DNA from: Nitrospirota bacterium
Lineage (GTDB): Bacteria; Nitrospirota; UBA9217
Reading direction: 5' to 3'
DNA: 64,000 bases
Assembly (NCBI GenBank): GCA_963751455.1
Contig: CAVVUN010000012.1
Location: 384,001 to 448,000, forward strand
Shown piece after piece: positions 12,713-23,222 of this stretch. The notes under the pieces are model-generated. The model searched no databases. It was not told the DNA's origin and worked only from the letters and a program-made list of their open reading frames with translations. How positions within the stretch are numbered: position 1 is the stretch's first letter; each line of letters starts with the position of its first letter. The position numbers and the translations under genes were made by a program.

Positions 12713-13859
12713 AGAGCTGTTCAATCTCCTTTTGCGTCGGTCTGCGCGGATTCGTGGCAATGCAGGGGTCTTTGACGGCCTTAGCCGCCAGATTGGAAAT
12801 GTCGCTCCGTTTTACGCCGTGCCTGCCGAGCGCTACGTCTACTTTCAATATCTCTCTGAAGCTCTCCAAAGCCATAAGAAGCGCGGCCTTTTTTTCAGAG
12901 GGGAGCATGCCGGCCGTCGACGGCCGCATTGCTTCTCCAATGGCTGAATATCTCTCGGGAGCGGCCTCGAAGTTGAATTCTACGACGCGGCTGATCAGTA
13001 TCGAATTGCTTTCTCCGTGAGGAATATCGAGGTATCCGCCGAGCGAGTGCGCCATTGCGTGCACGAGACCGAGGCCGGCATTCGAGAAGGCGAGCCCGGC
13101 ATACAGGCTGCCCAGCATGGTCCGGGCTCGGATATCGAGCTCATCCGGGTGCTCGATTGCCGGGATCAGGCTTGCTGACATAAGCCGGACCGATTCCAGG
13201 GCGAACAGATCGGTGACAGGAGAACGGGCATTCGAGACATATGCTTCAAATGCATGACAGAGCGCATCCATGCCCGTATGCGCCGTCAGTTCGCGGGGCA
13301 TGGTCGTGAGGGTAAGCGGATCGATAAGCGAGACATCCGGCACGAGCGTCTTGCTGATGATCGCGATTTTCACTTTCCTGTCCGTGTCGGTGATAATAGC
13401 GAACTGAGAGACATCCGCAGCGCTTCCGGCGGTGGTGGGAACGCAGATCAGGGGGGGGCCGGGGCTGGGCACCTGGTCGACCCCCTCGAAATCGAGAATA
13501 TTGCTTTTATTTGAACTCACAATACCGATGCCCTTCGCGCAGTCCATCGGGCTCCCCCCGCCGACGGCAACGATCATATTGCACCGCTCCTGCTCGTACA
13601 CTTCGGCTCCCGCCATAACCTCTTCAGCTTTCGGGTTCGGAGTAACCGAGGAGAAGACATGGTAAGGGATGTTTGCTGCTTCCATGCCGTCGGCCACTTC
13701 TTTTGTCCACCCCGCCGCGATAATGCCGGGATCCGTCACGATCAGCACTTTTGAAGCCCCGAAATTTCTTGCGTACCGGGAAGCCATGTTCCGGGCGCCC
13801 GCTCCGAACACAAATTCGGGTGCAACGAATTTTCGAAGTTCGGTCTGGTTTTTTTCCAT
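12696..13859 (-). CDS. ercA: Iron-containing alcohol dehydrogenase family protein, ErcA-like regulatory type
   Basis: LRKFVAPEFVFGAG N-terminus typical of ErcA, GGGSPMD NAD motif, metal ligands in GMDALCH, VHAMAH and PHGE. Overlaps a gene that starts with the ErcS-type GLGERSIRKSYYP motif. Confidence 0.75.
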   Translation of the reverse strand: MEKNQTELRKFVAPEFVFGAGARNMASRYARNFGASKVLIVTDPGIIAAGWTKEVADGMEAANIPYHVFSSVTPNPKAEEVMAGAEVYEQERCNMIVAVGGGSPMDCAKGIGIVSSNKSNILDFEGVDQVPSPGPPLICVPTTAGSAADVSQFAIITDTDRKVKIAIISKTLVPDVSLIDPLTLTTMPRELTAHTGMDALCHAFEAYVSNARSPVTDLFALESVRLMSASLIPAIEHPDELDIRARTMLGSLYAGLAFSNAGLGLVHAMAHSLGGYLDIPHGESNSILISRVVEFNFEAAPERYSAIGEAMRPSTAGMLPSEKKAALLMALESFREILKVDVALGRHGVKRSDISNLAAKAVKDPCIATNPRRPTQKEIEQLYEQAL

Positions 13860-13884
13860 AAGTCCTCACCTCTTGAACTTCGTG

Positions 13885-14093
13885 ATGGACGAAGAACGAG
13901 CGCTCGCGCGCGGTTTAATCCCGATGAAAACCGGGACTCGCCGGAACGATGGACGATTTTGCGTCCCTCATCCTGCGTGCTTCATCCCACGCCTTCCTCT
14001 TCCCTCGCCTTGGTCCTCCCTTTACGCCATGCTCCATGCCCTACCCGCACCCAGCGCTACGCGTGCGCCGCGCGCGTGCAGGGTGTGCGCTCT
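13885..14093. repeat. Heptamer-repeat elements (gacga/tcgtccc type and gccatgc/gctatgc type) with an embedded GCACCCAGCG...GTGCAGGGTGTGC hairpin
   Basis: Same units recur at 17334, 24386-24497, 24993-25118 and 27191-27421. Confidence 0.6.
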
Positions 14094-14099
14094 GATATC

Positions 14100-17000
14100 T
14101 TATCCGCTATGCGCCAGCAGACCCCTGAATTTCTCCGCCGGCACGGGCCTGCTGAAAAGGAACCCCTGCGCCTCGTCACACCGTGCTTTACTCAGGAAAG
14201 AAAGCTGTGCTTGTGTTTCAACGCCTTCTGCGGCAACCTTGATTTTCATCGTATGCGCCATCGCTGTCATCGCATGAATTACACCGCGGTCGTCCGGATC
14301 GGTTGCTATGTCCCGGATAAACGATTTGTCGATTTTGATACGCTCTATAGGCAACCGCTTCAGGTAACTCACGGACGAGCAGCCGGTCCCGAAACCATCG
14401 ATCGTTATACGGATGCCCATGCCGGCCAGTTCGGTCATCATGGAAACCGAATGCCCGATATCATCCATGGCGCTGTGTTCGCTCAATTCGATATTCAGTC
14501 GTTCGGCATCCAGACCGGTCTGCTTCAGAATTGCCGCAAGATTCCCTGCAAGGTCCGGGTTTCGGAATTCCGGCCCCGAGAGGTTGACGGTAAGCGTAAA
14601 TTTTTCCAGTCCGCGGATTGCCCAGTTCCTGACCTGGGAGCATGCCGTCTTGAGCACCCATTCGTCGATTGCTGCAACAAGCCCGATATCTTCGGCTGCG
14701 GGAATGAAAGAACCGGGCTCAAGCAGGCCCTTCTCAGGATGGTTCCAGCGCACCAGCGCTTCCGCGGAAGTCATTCTGCCCGTGGCAAGGTCCATCTGGG
14801 GCAGGTAATGCAGAACAAATTCGTCTCGGTCGAGAGCCTGCTGCAGACTGCTTTCCAACCGCGTTCTCTCGAGCGATTTTATGTTGATTACCGGGTTATA
14901 GAACCGGTATTGGTCCCTTCCCCGCTCTTTGGCATGGTACATGGCGATGTCTGCATAGCTGAGCAATATTTCCTGCTCCGTGCTGTCATCCGGGAACACG
15001 CTTATGCCGATGCTGGTCGTGATATGCAGCTCATGGCCGCCTATCACGAACATTCGCTTCAGGGACTCTATTATCTTTATCGCAACTTCGGCGGCGTCCT
15101 CCGCGCGTTCTATATCCGATACCATGATATTGAATTCGTCTCCGCCGATGCGTGCAACAGTGTCCGATTGCCTGATACTCGCTTTGACCCTGAGCGCGGT
15201 TTCCTTTAAGAGAAGGTCCCCGGCATCATGCCCCAGGGTGTCATTGATTTCCTTGAAGCGGTCGAGATCGAGAAAGAGCACGGCTGCTTTGCTTCTGTTC
15301 CGCCTGGCCTGAGCCAGTTCTAACTCAAGAATGTCCTTGAACAGGCGCCTGTTCGGCAGACCGGTAAGCGCATCGTGGAGCGCGAGATGCCGTATCTCCT
15401 CTTCCATGCGCTTGCGGTCCGTTATATCGCGGGCGATGCCGGTGGTCCCGATAACCTGGCCCTCTTCATCATAGATAGGTGTCTTGATCGTCTCGATCCA
15501 CCTGGCCCTCCCGTCCTTCGTAGCCAGGGGCTCTTCATACCGCTTGCGCGCGTGGTTCTTCATTACCTCCCTGTCATCCGCAAAGTATTGCTCGGCAAGT
15601 TTCTTCGGCCAGGCATCGAAATCGGTTTTCCCGGTCAGTTCCGCCGGTGTTTTTCCGCACGCTTCGGCAAAGGGCTCATTGACCACAATGAACCGGCTCT
15701 CTTTGTCCTTCAACCACGCCATGTCGGGGATGCTGTTCAGGATTGCGGTCAACCTCCGTTCATTTGCCAGCAGCGCCTCCTCCTGCCTCTTTTGATCGGT
15801 TATGTCATGGAACGCGGTAATCGAAGCAATAATCTTCCCCCCTTCCAGGACAGGCGCTGATATCACTGAAATGGGGAAAACGGTTCCGTCTTTCCGTACA
15901 AAAACTTCGTCCGTTGATGAATACCGCTTGCCCGTGTTGATGACTCCGCGCATGTTGCACTTCTCAATCGGCAGCGGCGTACCGTCCTTGGTGCGGAAAT
16001 GGACAAGATCATGCGGGCTTTTCTCGCCCATCTCCTCAAGAGTCCATCCAAGCAGGCGTTCGGCCTCGGGATTCATGAATATAATGCGTCCCTTTGCATC
16101 AAGCACATAAATTCCTTCCGCCACACTGGCAGTGATACTGCTCAACTGTTTTTGACTCTTTCGGAGTTCCTCTTCAATTTCTTTTCGTTGTTCGATCTCG
16201 CCCCGCAATTCCATCGTGGCCTGTGCGAGTTCCCGGGTCCGTTCCTGGACCTTGCTTTCCAGGCCCCGGTATGCCTTGCGAAGTTCCTGCTCAGCATGTT
16301 TGCGCGACGTAATGTCCCGCACAACAGCAAGTATCACATCCTTTTTTCTCAACCTTATCTTTGTCAGAAATACCTCGGCATCGAAAACGGAGCCGTCCTT
16401 CGGCCGTCTTGCTTTCCATTCAAATGACCGGCTCTTCCCGGAAACGACATCCTTCCATATTTCCGGTATCGAGTCCAGGGGGTTGTCCGGAGAGGAAAAA
16501 TCGTTCCGTATCGAAAGAGACAGGGCTTCTTCATATTCAACATCGTACAGCTCCTGCATCTTTTTATTTACGTCGATGATCTTCCCGTCCAGTTCATGAA
16601 TGAAGATCGCATCGTTGGAGCTGTCGAAGACGGTCCGCAGGTTTGCTTTTGATTCGGCAAGCGATTTATTTGCGGCATTCAGTCCGGCTGAGTACTCCCG
16701 GAGGCTTTCCTCCGTGCTCTTCCTGCGGTAATTAAGAAGGGACAATGCCCAGAGCGCCGATATCCCGAGCGTGCGGTTTACCGCGGAAATCGAGGGTGAT
16801 ACGCCCGAAGGCGAAATAAAAAAGTCCGCGACGACAAGAAGCGTGATACACCCTGCAGCGAGAATGACGGTGGTGCGGGATGCTTTCGACGAAACATATA
16901 CAAGGGGAACAGCATAAAGCAGCCACGTTGAATAGCCTAAAGGCGTAAACAGATCGATGACAAAAACCGTTATTGTCAGCGCCAGCGTCCGGAGAATCAT
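14100..17000 (-). CDS. Membrane PAS x3-GGDEF-EAL(degenerate) protein
   Basis: Intact 966 aa ORF. TM N-terminus (DLFTPLG...W..Y) similar to that of 922-4137, RQSD-GGDEF, EAL with IDGFGTGCSS. Confidence 0.92.
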   Translation of the reverse strand: MILRTLALTITVFVIDLFTPLGYSTWLLYAVPLVYVSSKASRTTVILAAGCITLLVVADFFISPSGVSPSISAVNRTLGISALWALSLLNYRRKSTEESLREYSAGLNAANKSLAESKANLRTVFDSSNDAIFIHELDGKIIDVNKKMQELYDVEYEEALSLSIRNDFSSPDNPLDSIPEIWKDVVSGKSRSFEWKARRPKDGSVFDAEVFLTKIRLRKKDVILAVVRDITSRKHAEQELRKAYRGLESKVQERTRELAQATMELRGEIEQRKEIEEELRKSQKQLSSITASVAEGIYVLDAKGRIIFMNPEAERLLGWTLEEMGEKSPHDLVHFRTKDGTPLPIEKCNMRGVINTGKRYSSTDEVFVRKDGTVFPISVISAPVLEGGKIIASITAFHDITDQKRQEEALLANERRLTAILNSIPDMAWLKDKESRFIVVNEPFAEACGKTPAELTGKTDFDAWPKKLAEQYFADDREVMKNHARKRYEEPLATKDGRARWIETIKTPIYDEEGQVIGTTGIARDITDRKRMEEEIRHLALHDALTGLPNRRLFKDILELELAQARRNRSKAAVLFLDLDRFKEINDTLGHDAGDLLLKETALRVKASIRQSDTVARIGGDEFNIMVSDIERAEDAAEVAIKIIESLKRMFVIGGHELHITTSIGISVFPDDSTEQEILLSYADIAMYHAKERGRDQYRFYNPVINIKSLERTRLESSLQQALDRDEFVLHYLPQMDLATGRMTSAEALVRWNHPEKGLLEPGSFIPAAEDIGLVAAIDEWVLKTACSQVRNWAIRGLEKFTLTVNLSGPEFRNPDLAGNLAAILKQTGLDAERLNIELSEHSAMDDIGHSVSMMTELAGMGIRITIDGFGTGCSSVSYLKRLPIERIKIDKSFIRDIATDPDDRGVIHAMTAMAHTMKIKVAAEGVETQAQLSFLSKARCDEAQGFLFSRPVPAEKFRGLLAHSG

Positions 17001-17084
17001 GCTCTATGCCTCCTCGTGATTGCAACTGCAGGAAGAAACGATAAGATTTTTCGTTAGCGGCTCAGTTCATCCTGAAAACGGCAA

Positions 17085-17282
17085 TTGGACGCAGATGAAC
17101 GCAGACTTCGGCGTGAGCTCAGTCGAACGATAACCGCAGATCAAACAAAAGAATTTTTAGAGAAAAAAATTCACCCGCAGGGTGACTGCTTTTACGATAC
17201 AAGAACGTTTTTTTATCCGACCTTATCGTTCGACTGAGCTCACGCCGAAGTCTGCGTTTATCCGATTTTTCTGCGTCCCAAA
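17085..17282. repeat. Palindromic element with a perfect 36-bp inverted repeat (17098-17133 / 17223-17258)
   Basis: aacgcagacttcggcgtgagctcagtcgaacgataa and its exact reverse complement, 89 bp apart. Outer arms are shared with 61212-61330. Confidence 0.85.
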
Positions 17283-17345
17283 TGCTTTTTTTAGGTTCAT
17301 ACGGCCCCATTTATTGCCGTGCTCTATGGGTTGCCGTCTCGTCCC

Positions 17346-19532
17346 TCATCCTTCGTCCCTCGTCTGCCACATCCCTCGGCCCACGAGTTCCCCGAACCGG
17401 TCTGCCGGCAACGGCCTGCTGAAGTAAAACCCCTGGGCCTCGTCGCAATGCAGCGCTCTCAGAAAAGCAAGCTGTTTCGCGCCTTCGACGCCTTCTGCAA
17501 CGACCTTCAATTTCATGGCATGGGCCATCAGCAAGACCGCGGTGATGATCGTACGATCACCGGCGTCGGTGGCGATATCCCTTATAAAAGACCTGTCAAT
17601 CTTCAATTTGCGGATAGGCAGCCGCTTGAGCTGATTCAGCGAAGAATACCCTGTGCCGAAATCGTCTATGGATACATTCACGCCCATTTCCGTCAGCTCG
17701 CGTATCTGCCCAATCGTGTCCTCAATATTGCCCATGGCCGTCGTTTCCGTAATCTCGACATCCAGGCACTCCGGCGGCATTCCCGTTTCTCCGAGTATCC
17801 GGCCGATCCGTCTGGCCAGATCCTTTTTTTGAAACTCCATTGCTGAAAGGTTTACCGTAACACAGACCCGGCCCAGGCCCTGGCCCATCCATGTTTTGAT
17901 CTGCCTGCCCACAGCCGACAGGACCCATTCGTCTATATCCGTCATGAAACCGAGCTCCTCGGCCGCTCTGAGGAAATGCTCGGGCTCGAGAATGCCTTGT
18001 TCCGGGTGCTGCCAACGGAGCAGCGCTTCACCGGAAACAAAACCGTTGGTCTTGACATCGACCATGGGCTGAAAATACAAGCGGAATTCCTGGCGCTCGA
18101 TCGCCCGGCGCAGGCTGTTCTCGAACTGCATGCGTTCTATCGAGCGGGTGTTGATGTCCGGGTCATAGAACCGGTACATGTTCCTGCCGTGTTCCTTGGC
18201 GTAATACATGGCGATGTCGGCATACCGGAAAAGGGTCTCTGTTTCCGCGCTGTCGTCGGGATATATGCTGATCCCGACTGAACAGGTGACGGTGAGTTCA
18301 TGGCCTGCTATCAGAAAGGGCTTTCGGAAAGACTCGACGATTTTCCCGGCTGCGTCAGCCGCATCTTCGGAATGAACGATGTCGGATAACAGCAGGTTGA
18401 ATTCATCGCCTCCTATGCGGCTCACGATATCGGACTCCCTGACCGCCCCTTTGAGACGAACGGATACCTGTCTCAACAGTTGGTCCCCTAATTCATGACC
18501 CAGGGTATCGTTAATTTCCTTGAACCGGTCGAGATCAAGAAACAAAACAGCGAGCTTTCTTTGTATGCGCCGCGCCTGCGCCGCCTCCACCTGAAACAGA
18601 TCGAGAAACAACCGCCTGTTCGGCAGATTTGTCAGGGAGTCATGGTGGGCCAGGTGCCTCAGTTCCTCTTCCATCCGTTTGCGTACGGTGATGTCAGTCA
18701 CGAAAGAGTAATAATAATCAGGGTCCCCCTTTTCGTCCCTGACCAGGTGGACTTTTAATTCTACCGGTACTTGCGTGCCGTCCTTTCTTATATATTCTTT
18801 CTGATAAACCGGGGGCGTCCCGGTCCTGCGCAGCTCTTCAAGCATCTGCTCTTCAAGCTCCCGCCACTTGGGCGGAGTCAGTTCGATCCATGTCTTTATC
18901 CGCAATTCTTCAGCCCCGTAGCCTGTCAGCTCCAGAAATGCCTGATTATAGTTCATGAGGCGGCCGTCGGGATACGCGGAGTTGAAAGGCAGGGAGGAAC
19001 TTTCTATGGCGCTCGCGAAAAATGAGGCCCTTTCCTTCGCTGCCTTAAGCTCGGCCGTGCGCTCCTCAACCTTTTTTTCCAGGCCGGCGTGATAGGCTTC
19101 AAGCTCTTTCTGCATGCGCCTGTGTTCACGCCTGACCTGAGCATCGCTCAATTCCCGCGCGATCGCGGGAACAAGCCGGGCCATATTGCCCTTCGTCACA
19201 TAATCATGCGCGCCGGCTTTCAATGCGTTCACTGCGGTTTCCTCCGTAATTGTGCCGGAGACAAGAATGAAAGGCAGGTCGGGATCGGTCCCGCGCACAA
19301 TTTTCAGCGCCGAGACCGCGTCGAAGTAAGGCATTGAGAAATCGGATATGACCAGGTCCCACTGCTGCCTTGCGAGCGCATCCCTCAATGTGTCCGCTGT
19401 CTCGACGCGCTCGGAGACGGCTTCATAGCCGCCTTTCCTGATTTCTCGAAGAACGAGCATCGTATCGTCCTCGGAATCTTCAACAACGAGGACGCGCAAG
19501 GGAATGACCGCCTTATTGTCAATGTCAGACAT
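17346..19532 (-). CDS. REC-PAS-GGDEF-EAL response regulator
   Basis: VVEDSEDD, ISDFSMP and YVTK receiver motifs, PAS, RESD-GGDEF, GEALLRW, DDFGTGYSS. Confidence 0.93.
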   Translation of the reverse strand: MSDIDNKAVIPLRVLVVEDSEDDTMLVLREIRKGGYEAVSERVETADTLRDALARQQWDLVISDFSMPYFDAVSALKIVRGTDPDLPFILVSGTITEETAVNALKAGAHDYVTKGNMARLVPAIARELSDAQVRREHRRMQKELEAYHAGLEKKVEERTAELKAAKERASFFASAIESSSLPFNSAYPDGRLMNYNQAFLELTGYGAEELRIKTWIELTPPKWRELEEQMLEELRRTGTPPVYQKEYIRKDGTQVPVELKVHLVRDEKGDPDYYYSFVTDITVRKRMEEELRHLAHHDSLTNLPNRRLFLDLFQVEAAQARRIQRKLAVLFLDLDRFKEINDTLGHELGDQLLRQVSVRLKGAVRESDIVSRIGGDEFNLLLSDIVHSEDAADAAGKIVESFRKPFLIAGHELTVTCSVGISIYPDDSAETETLFRYADIAMYYAKEHGRNMYRFYDPDINTRSIERMQFENSLRRAIERQEFRLYFQPMVDVKTNGFVSGEALLRWQHPEQGILEPEHFLRAAEELGFMTDIDEWVLSAVGRQIKTWMGQGLGRVCVTVNLSAMEFQKKDLARRIGRILGETGMPPECLDVEITETTAMGNIEDTIGQIRELTEMGVNVSIDDFGTGYSSLNQLKRLPIRKLKIDRSFIRDIATDAGDRTIITAVLLMAHAMKLKVVAEGVEGAKQLAFLRALHCDEAQGFYFSRPLPADRFGELVGRGMWQTRDEG

Positions 19533-19560
19533 TAGCTTTACTCTCTTTTTTCCGGTAAGG

Positions 19561-19746
19561 CGCCTTGCAAGACTTCGCGAACCGCCCTTTTGTCATTTCG
19601 ACCAAAGGGAGAAATCCTCGGTTCTTTACCAGGAAAGGTTCCCCGGTCGCGGAGCCTGTCCCAACGTTAACAGCCAGATTTCTCGCTTCGCTCGAAACGA
19701 CAAGGCGAAGGGCCTGAATGACACAAAGTGACTTTTGCAAGGGCTC
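19561..19746. repeat. REP-doublet-like element (tgtcatttcgacc..gggagaaatc ... agatttctcgcttcgctcgaaacgaca, 19591-19702) nested in an outer ccttgcaa...ttgcaagg inverted pair
   Basis: Inner arms are nearly identical to 39687-39813. Confidence 0.7.
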
Positions 19747-19950
19747 TCGTTTCAGTTAAATTATAACTCTCATTAAGATAAGATTACCCCATTATCGTAC
19801 CCTCTCCCTGAGGAGCGGGAGAGGGGAATCAAGGGGAAGATTTACTTGAATAGATGCGTACAATGAGTAATAATAAAAACAGGATTGTTTTAGTGCGATT
19901 AAAACTTTTTATGTAATAAGTTGCAGCGGGGTTTTTCGCAGAGCGAAAAA

Positions 19951-20013
19951 CGCATGGCGCACAGCGCAGAGCGCAAAGGGTTAACGCCATGCGCCATGCC
20001 CTATGCGCTATGC
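19951..20013. repeat. Heptamer palindrome (gcatggc/gcacagc/gcagagc ... gccatgc/cctatgc/gctatgc)
   Basis: Tandem 7-mers in inverted orientation just upstream of the PAS-array gene RBS. Confidence 0.75.
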
Positions 20014-20038
20014 AGCGATTCACGAAAGGAACACGCCC

Positions 20039-23000
20039 ATGGCAGACAAAACGAAACAAAAAACAACCATGCAGGAGATGGCCGAACCGGGCGAGGGCCG
20101 GATCGCGCTCCTTGCCTCCATTGTCGACTCATCCGACGACGCCGTCTATGCCAAAACACTGGAAGGCGTTATCACGAGCTGGAACCGCGCGGCGGAATTG
20201 ATGTACGGCTATACGGCGGAAGAGATCATCGGCAAGCCCGTCTCGGTCCTGTTGTCCCCGGACCGGCCGAGGGAGATGGAAGATATTCTCCTGAAGATCC
20301 GCGAGCGGAGAACGCATAGAACACTTCGAGACCCTGCGGCGGCGCAAGGACGGCACGCTGGTCCACGTGTCCCTCACGGTTTCTCCGATCCACGACTCCG
20401 CGGGCCGGCTGATCGGCGCTTCGTCCATCGCCAGGGACATTACGGAGCGCAAGCGGATGGAGGAACAGCTCAGGGCCACTTCTCAGTATGCGCGGAGCCT
20501 GATCGAGGCGAGTCTCGACCCGCTGGTCACGATCAGCCCCGAAGGCAAGATCATGGATGTCAACGAAGCGGCGGTCAAGGTGACGGGCTTGTTCAAGGAG
20601 CAGCTCATCGGCACGGACTTCTCGGACTACTTCACCGAGCCGGAAAAGGCGCGCGAGGGATACCGGCAGGTCTTCGAGAAGGGCTTTGTAACGGACTACC
20701 CGCTCACGATCCGCCACAGGGACGGCCGTCTCACGAATGTTCTCTACAACGCCTCGGTCTACCGCGACCTGCAGGGCAACGTGCTCGGCGTTTTCGCCGC
20801 GGCCCGCGATGTGACGATGCAGCGCCAGGCCGCGCAGTATGCGCGGAGCCTGATCGAGGCGAGTGTCGATCCGCTGGTCACGATCAGCCCCGAAGGCAAG
20901 ATCACGGACGTGAACGAGGCCACGGTCAAGGTGACGGGCTTGCCCAAGGAACAGCTCATCGGCACGGACTTCTCGGACTACTTCACCGAGCCGGAGAAGG
21001 CGCGTGAGGGATACCGGCAGGTCTTCGAGAAGGGGTTTGTAACGGACTACCCGCTCACGATCCGGCACAGGGACGGCCGTCTCACGAACGTTCTCTACAA
21101 CGCCTCGGTCTACCGGGACCTGCAGGGCAACGTGCTCGGCGTTTTCGCCGCGGCCCGCGATGTGACCATGCAGCGCCAGGCCGCGCAGTATGCGCGGAGC
21201 CTGATCGAGGCGAGTCTCGACCCGCTCGTCACGATCAGCCCGGAAGGCAAGATCACGGACGTGAACGAGGCCACGATCAAGGTGACCGGCATGCCGAAAG
21301 AGCGGCTCATCGGCACGGACTTCTCCGACTACTTCACCGAGCCGGAAAAGGCCCGCCAGGGATACAAGGAGGTCTTCGCAAAGGGGTTTGTAACCGACTA
21401 CCCGCTCACGATCCGGCACAAGGACGGCGCGCTGACCGACGTTCTCTACAACGCCTCGGTCTACCGTGACGTACAGGGCAATGTGCAGGGCGTTTTCGCC
21501 GCGGCCCGCGACGTGACGGCGCAGCGGCAGGCAGCTCAGTATGCCAGGAGCCTGATCGAGGCGAGCCTCGACCCGCTGGTCACGATCAGCCCGGAGGGAA
21601 AGATTACGGACGTGAACGAGGCCACCATCAAGGTGACCGGCATGCCGATGGAGCGGCTCATCGGCACGGACTTCTCCGACTACTTTACCGAGCCGGAAAA
21701 GGCCCGGGAAGGGTATCAACAGGTCTTCGCGCAAGGGGTTCGTGACCGACTATCCGCTCACCATCAGGCACAAGGACGGGAAGCTCACGGACGTCCTTTA
21801 TAACGCATCGGTTTACCGGGATGTGTACGGCAACGTGCTCGGCGTCTTCGCCGCTGCCCGCGACGTGACGGCCCAGCGGCAGGCCGCTCAGTATGCCAGG
21901 AGCCTGATCGAGGCGAGTGTCGACCCGCTGGTTACGATCAGCCCGGAAGGCAAGATCACGGACGTGAACGAGGCGACGGCGAAGGTCACGGGTATTCCGC
22001 GCGACAAGCTCATCGGCACGGACTTCTCCGACTACTTCACCGAGCCGGATAAGGCCCGTGAGGGGTATCAGCAGGTCTTTGCCAAAGGGTTCGTGACAGA
22101 CTACCCGCTGACGATCAGGCACAGGGACGGGAAACTGGTCGACGTGCTCTATAACGCGTCCGTTTACCGGGACGTGCAGGGCAACGTGCTGGGCGTGTTC
22201 GCCGCGGCGCGGGACGTGACGGAATCCAAACGCGTCATGCGCGAGTTCGCGGAGACGAAAAACTTTCTCGACAACATCCTGCAGAGCTCGACCAAGTACT
22301 CCATTATCGGAAAAGACCTCGACTACCGCATTCTCTCCTGGAATGAAGGGGCGCGGCTGAACTACCGATATACGGAAGATGAGATCATCGGCAAATCGGC
22401 GACTATTCTTCACTCGCCTGAAGATATCGAGTCAGGGGTCGTCGATAGGATGCTGAAGACGGCTTATGATAAGGGACTGGCGGAAGGCGAGTTTCAGCGC
22501 GTCCGGAAGGACGGCTCCCGTTTTGTGGCAAGCGTCGTGGTCACGCGCCGGAACGACGCCTCAGGCAATCCCATCGGCTACCTGCTCATGAGCACCGACA
22601 TCACGGAAAAGAAGCAGTCGGAGGAAAAGCTGCGTTATGCGTCCCAGTACGCCCGCAGCCTGATCGAGGCTAGTGTCGATCCGCTGGTAACGATCAGCCC
22701 GGAAGGAAAGATCACGGACGTGAATGAGGCGACGATCAAGGTGACCGGCATGCCGAGGGAGCAGCTCATCGGCGCGGATTTCTCGGACTACTTCACCGAG
22801 CCTGAGAAGGCCCGCGAGGGATACGAGCAGGTCTTCTCGAAGGGTTTTGTGACCGACTATCCCCTTACGATCAGGCACCGGGACGGGCGGCTCACGAATG
22901 TTCTCTACAACGCCTCGGTCTACCGGGACGTGCGGGGAAACGTGCTGGGCGTGTTCGCTGCCGCGCGCGACGTGACGGCGCAGAGGGAAGCGGAGGCAAA

Positions 23001-23175
23001 GGTCGTCGAGCAGCGCGCGAGAGAAGAGCAGCGGGCGCGCGAGCTGGAAAGGCTGGCCGAGCTGGAGCGGTTCCAGAGGCTGACCGTGGGACGAGAACTG
23101 AAGATGGTGGAGCTGAAGAAGGAGATCGAGGAACTCAAACGGGAGAATGATGCGCTGAAGAAAAAAGCGGCGTAG
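20039..23175 (+). CDS. Cytoplasmic 8-PAS protein with no enzymatic output, ending in a GRELKMVELK coiled coil (two apparent frameshifts, ~20303 and ~21732)
   Basis: AAAGGA RBS then MADKTKQK. PAS1, five tandem near-identical PAS, one distinct PAS, a sixth copy of the repeat, then ELERFQRLTVGRELKMVELKKEIEELK and stop. Confidence 0.85.
20487..22980 (+). repeat. 351-bp (117 aa) intragenic tandem repeat, 5 adjacent copies + 1 separated copy
   Basis: YARSLIEAS codons start at 20487, 20838, 21189, 21540, 21892 (352 bp spacing equals the extra base) and 22648. Confidence 0.95.
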
Positions 23176-23222
23176 AGACAACGTGACCGTGAGGCGGCTA
23201 TCAAACTGCTCACCAGGAAAAC

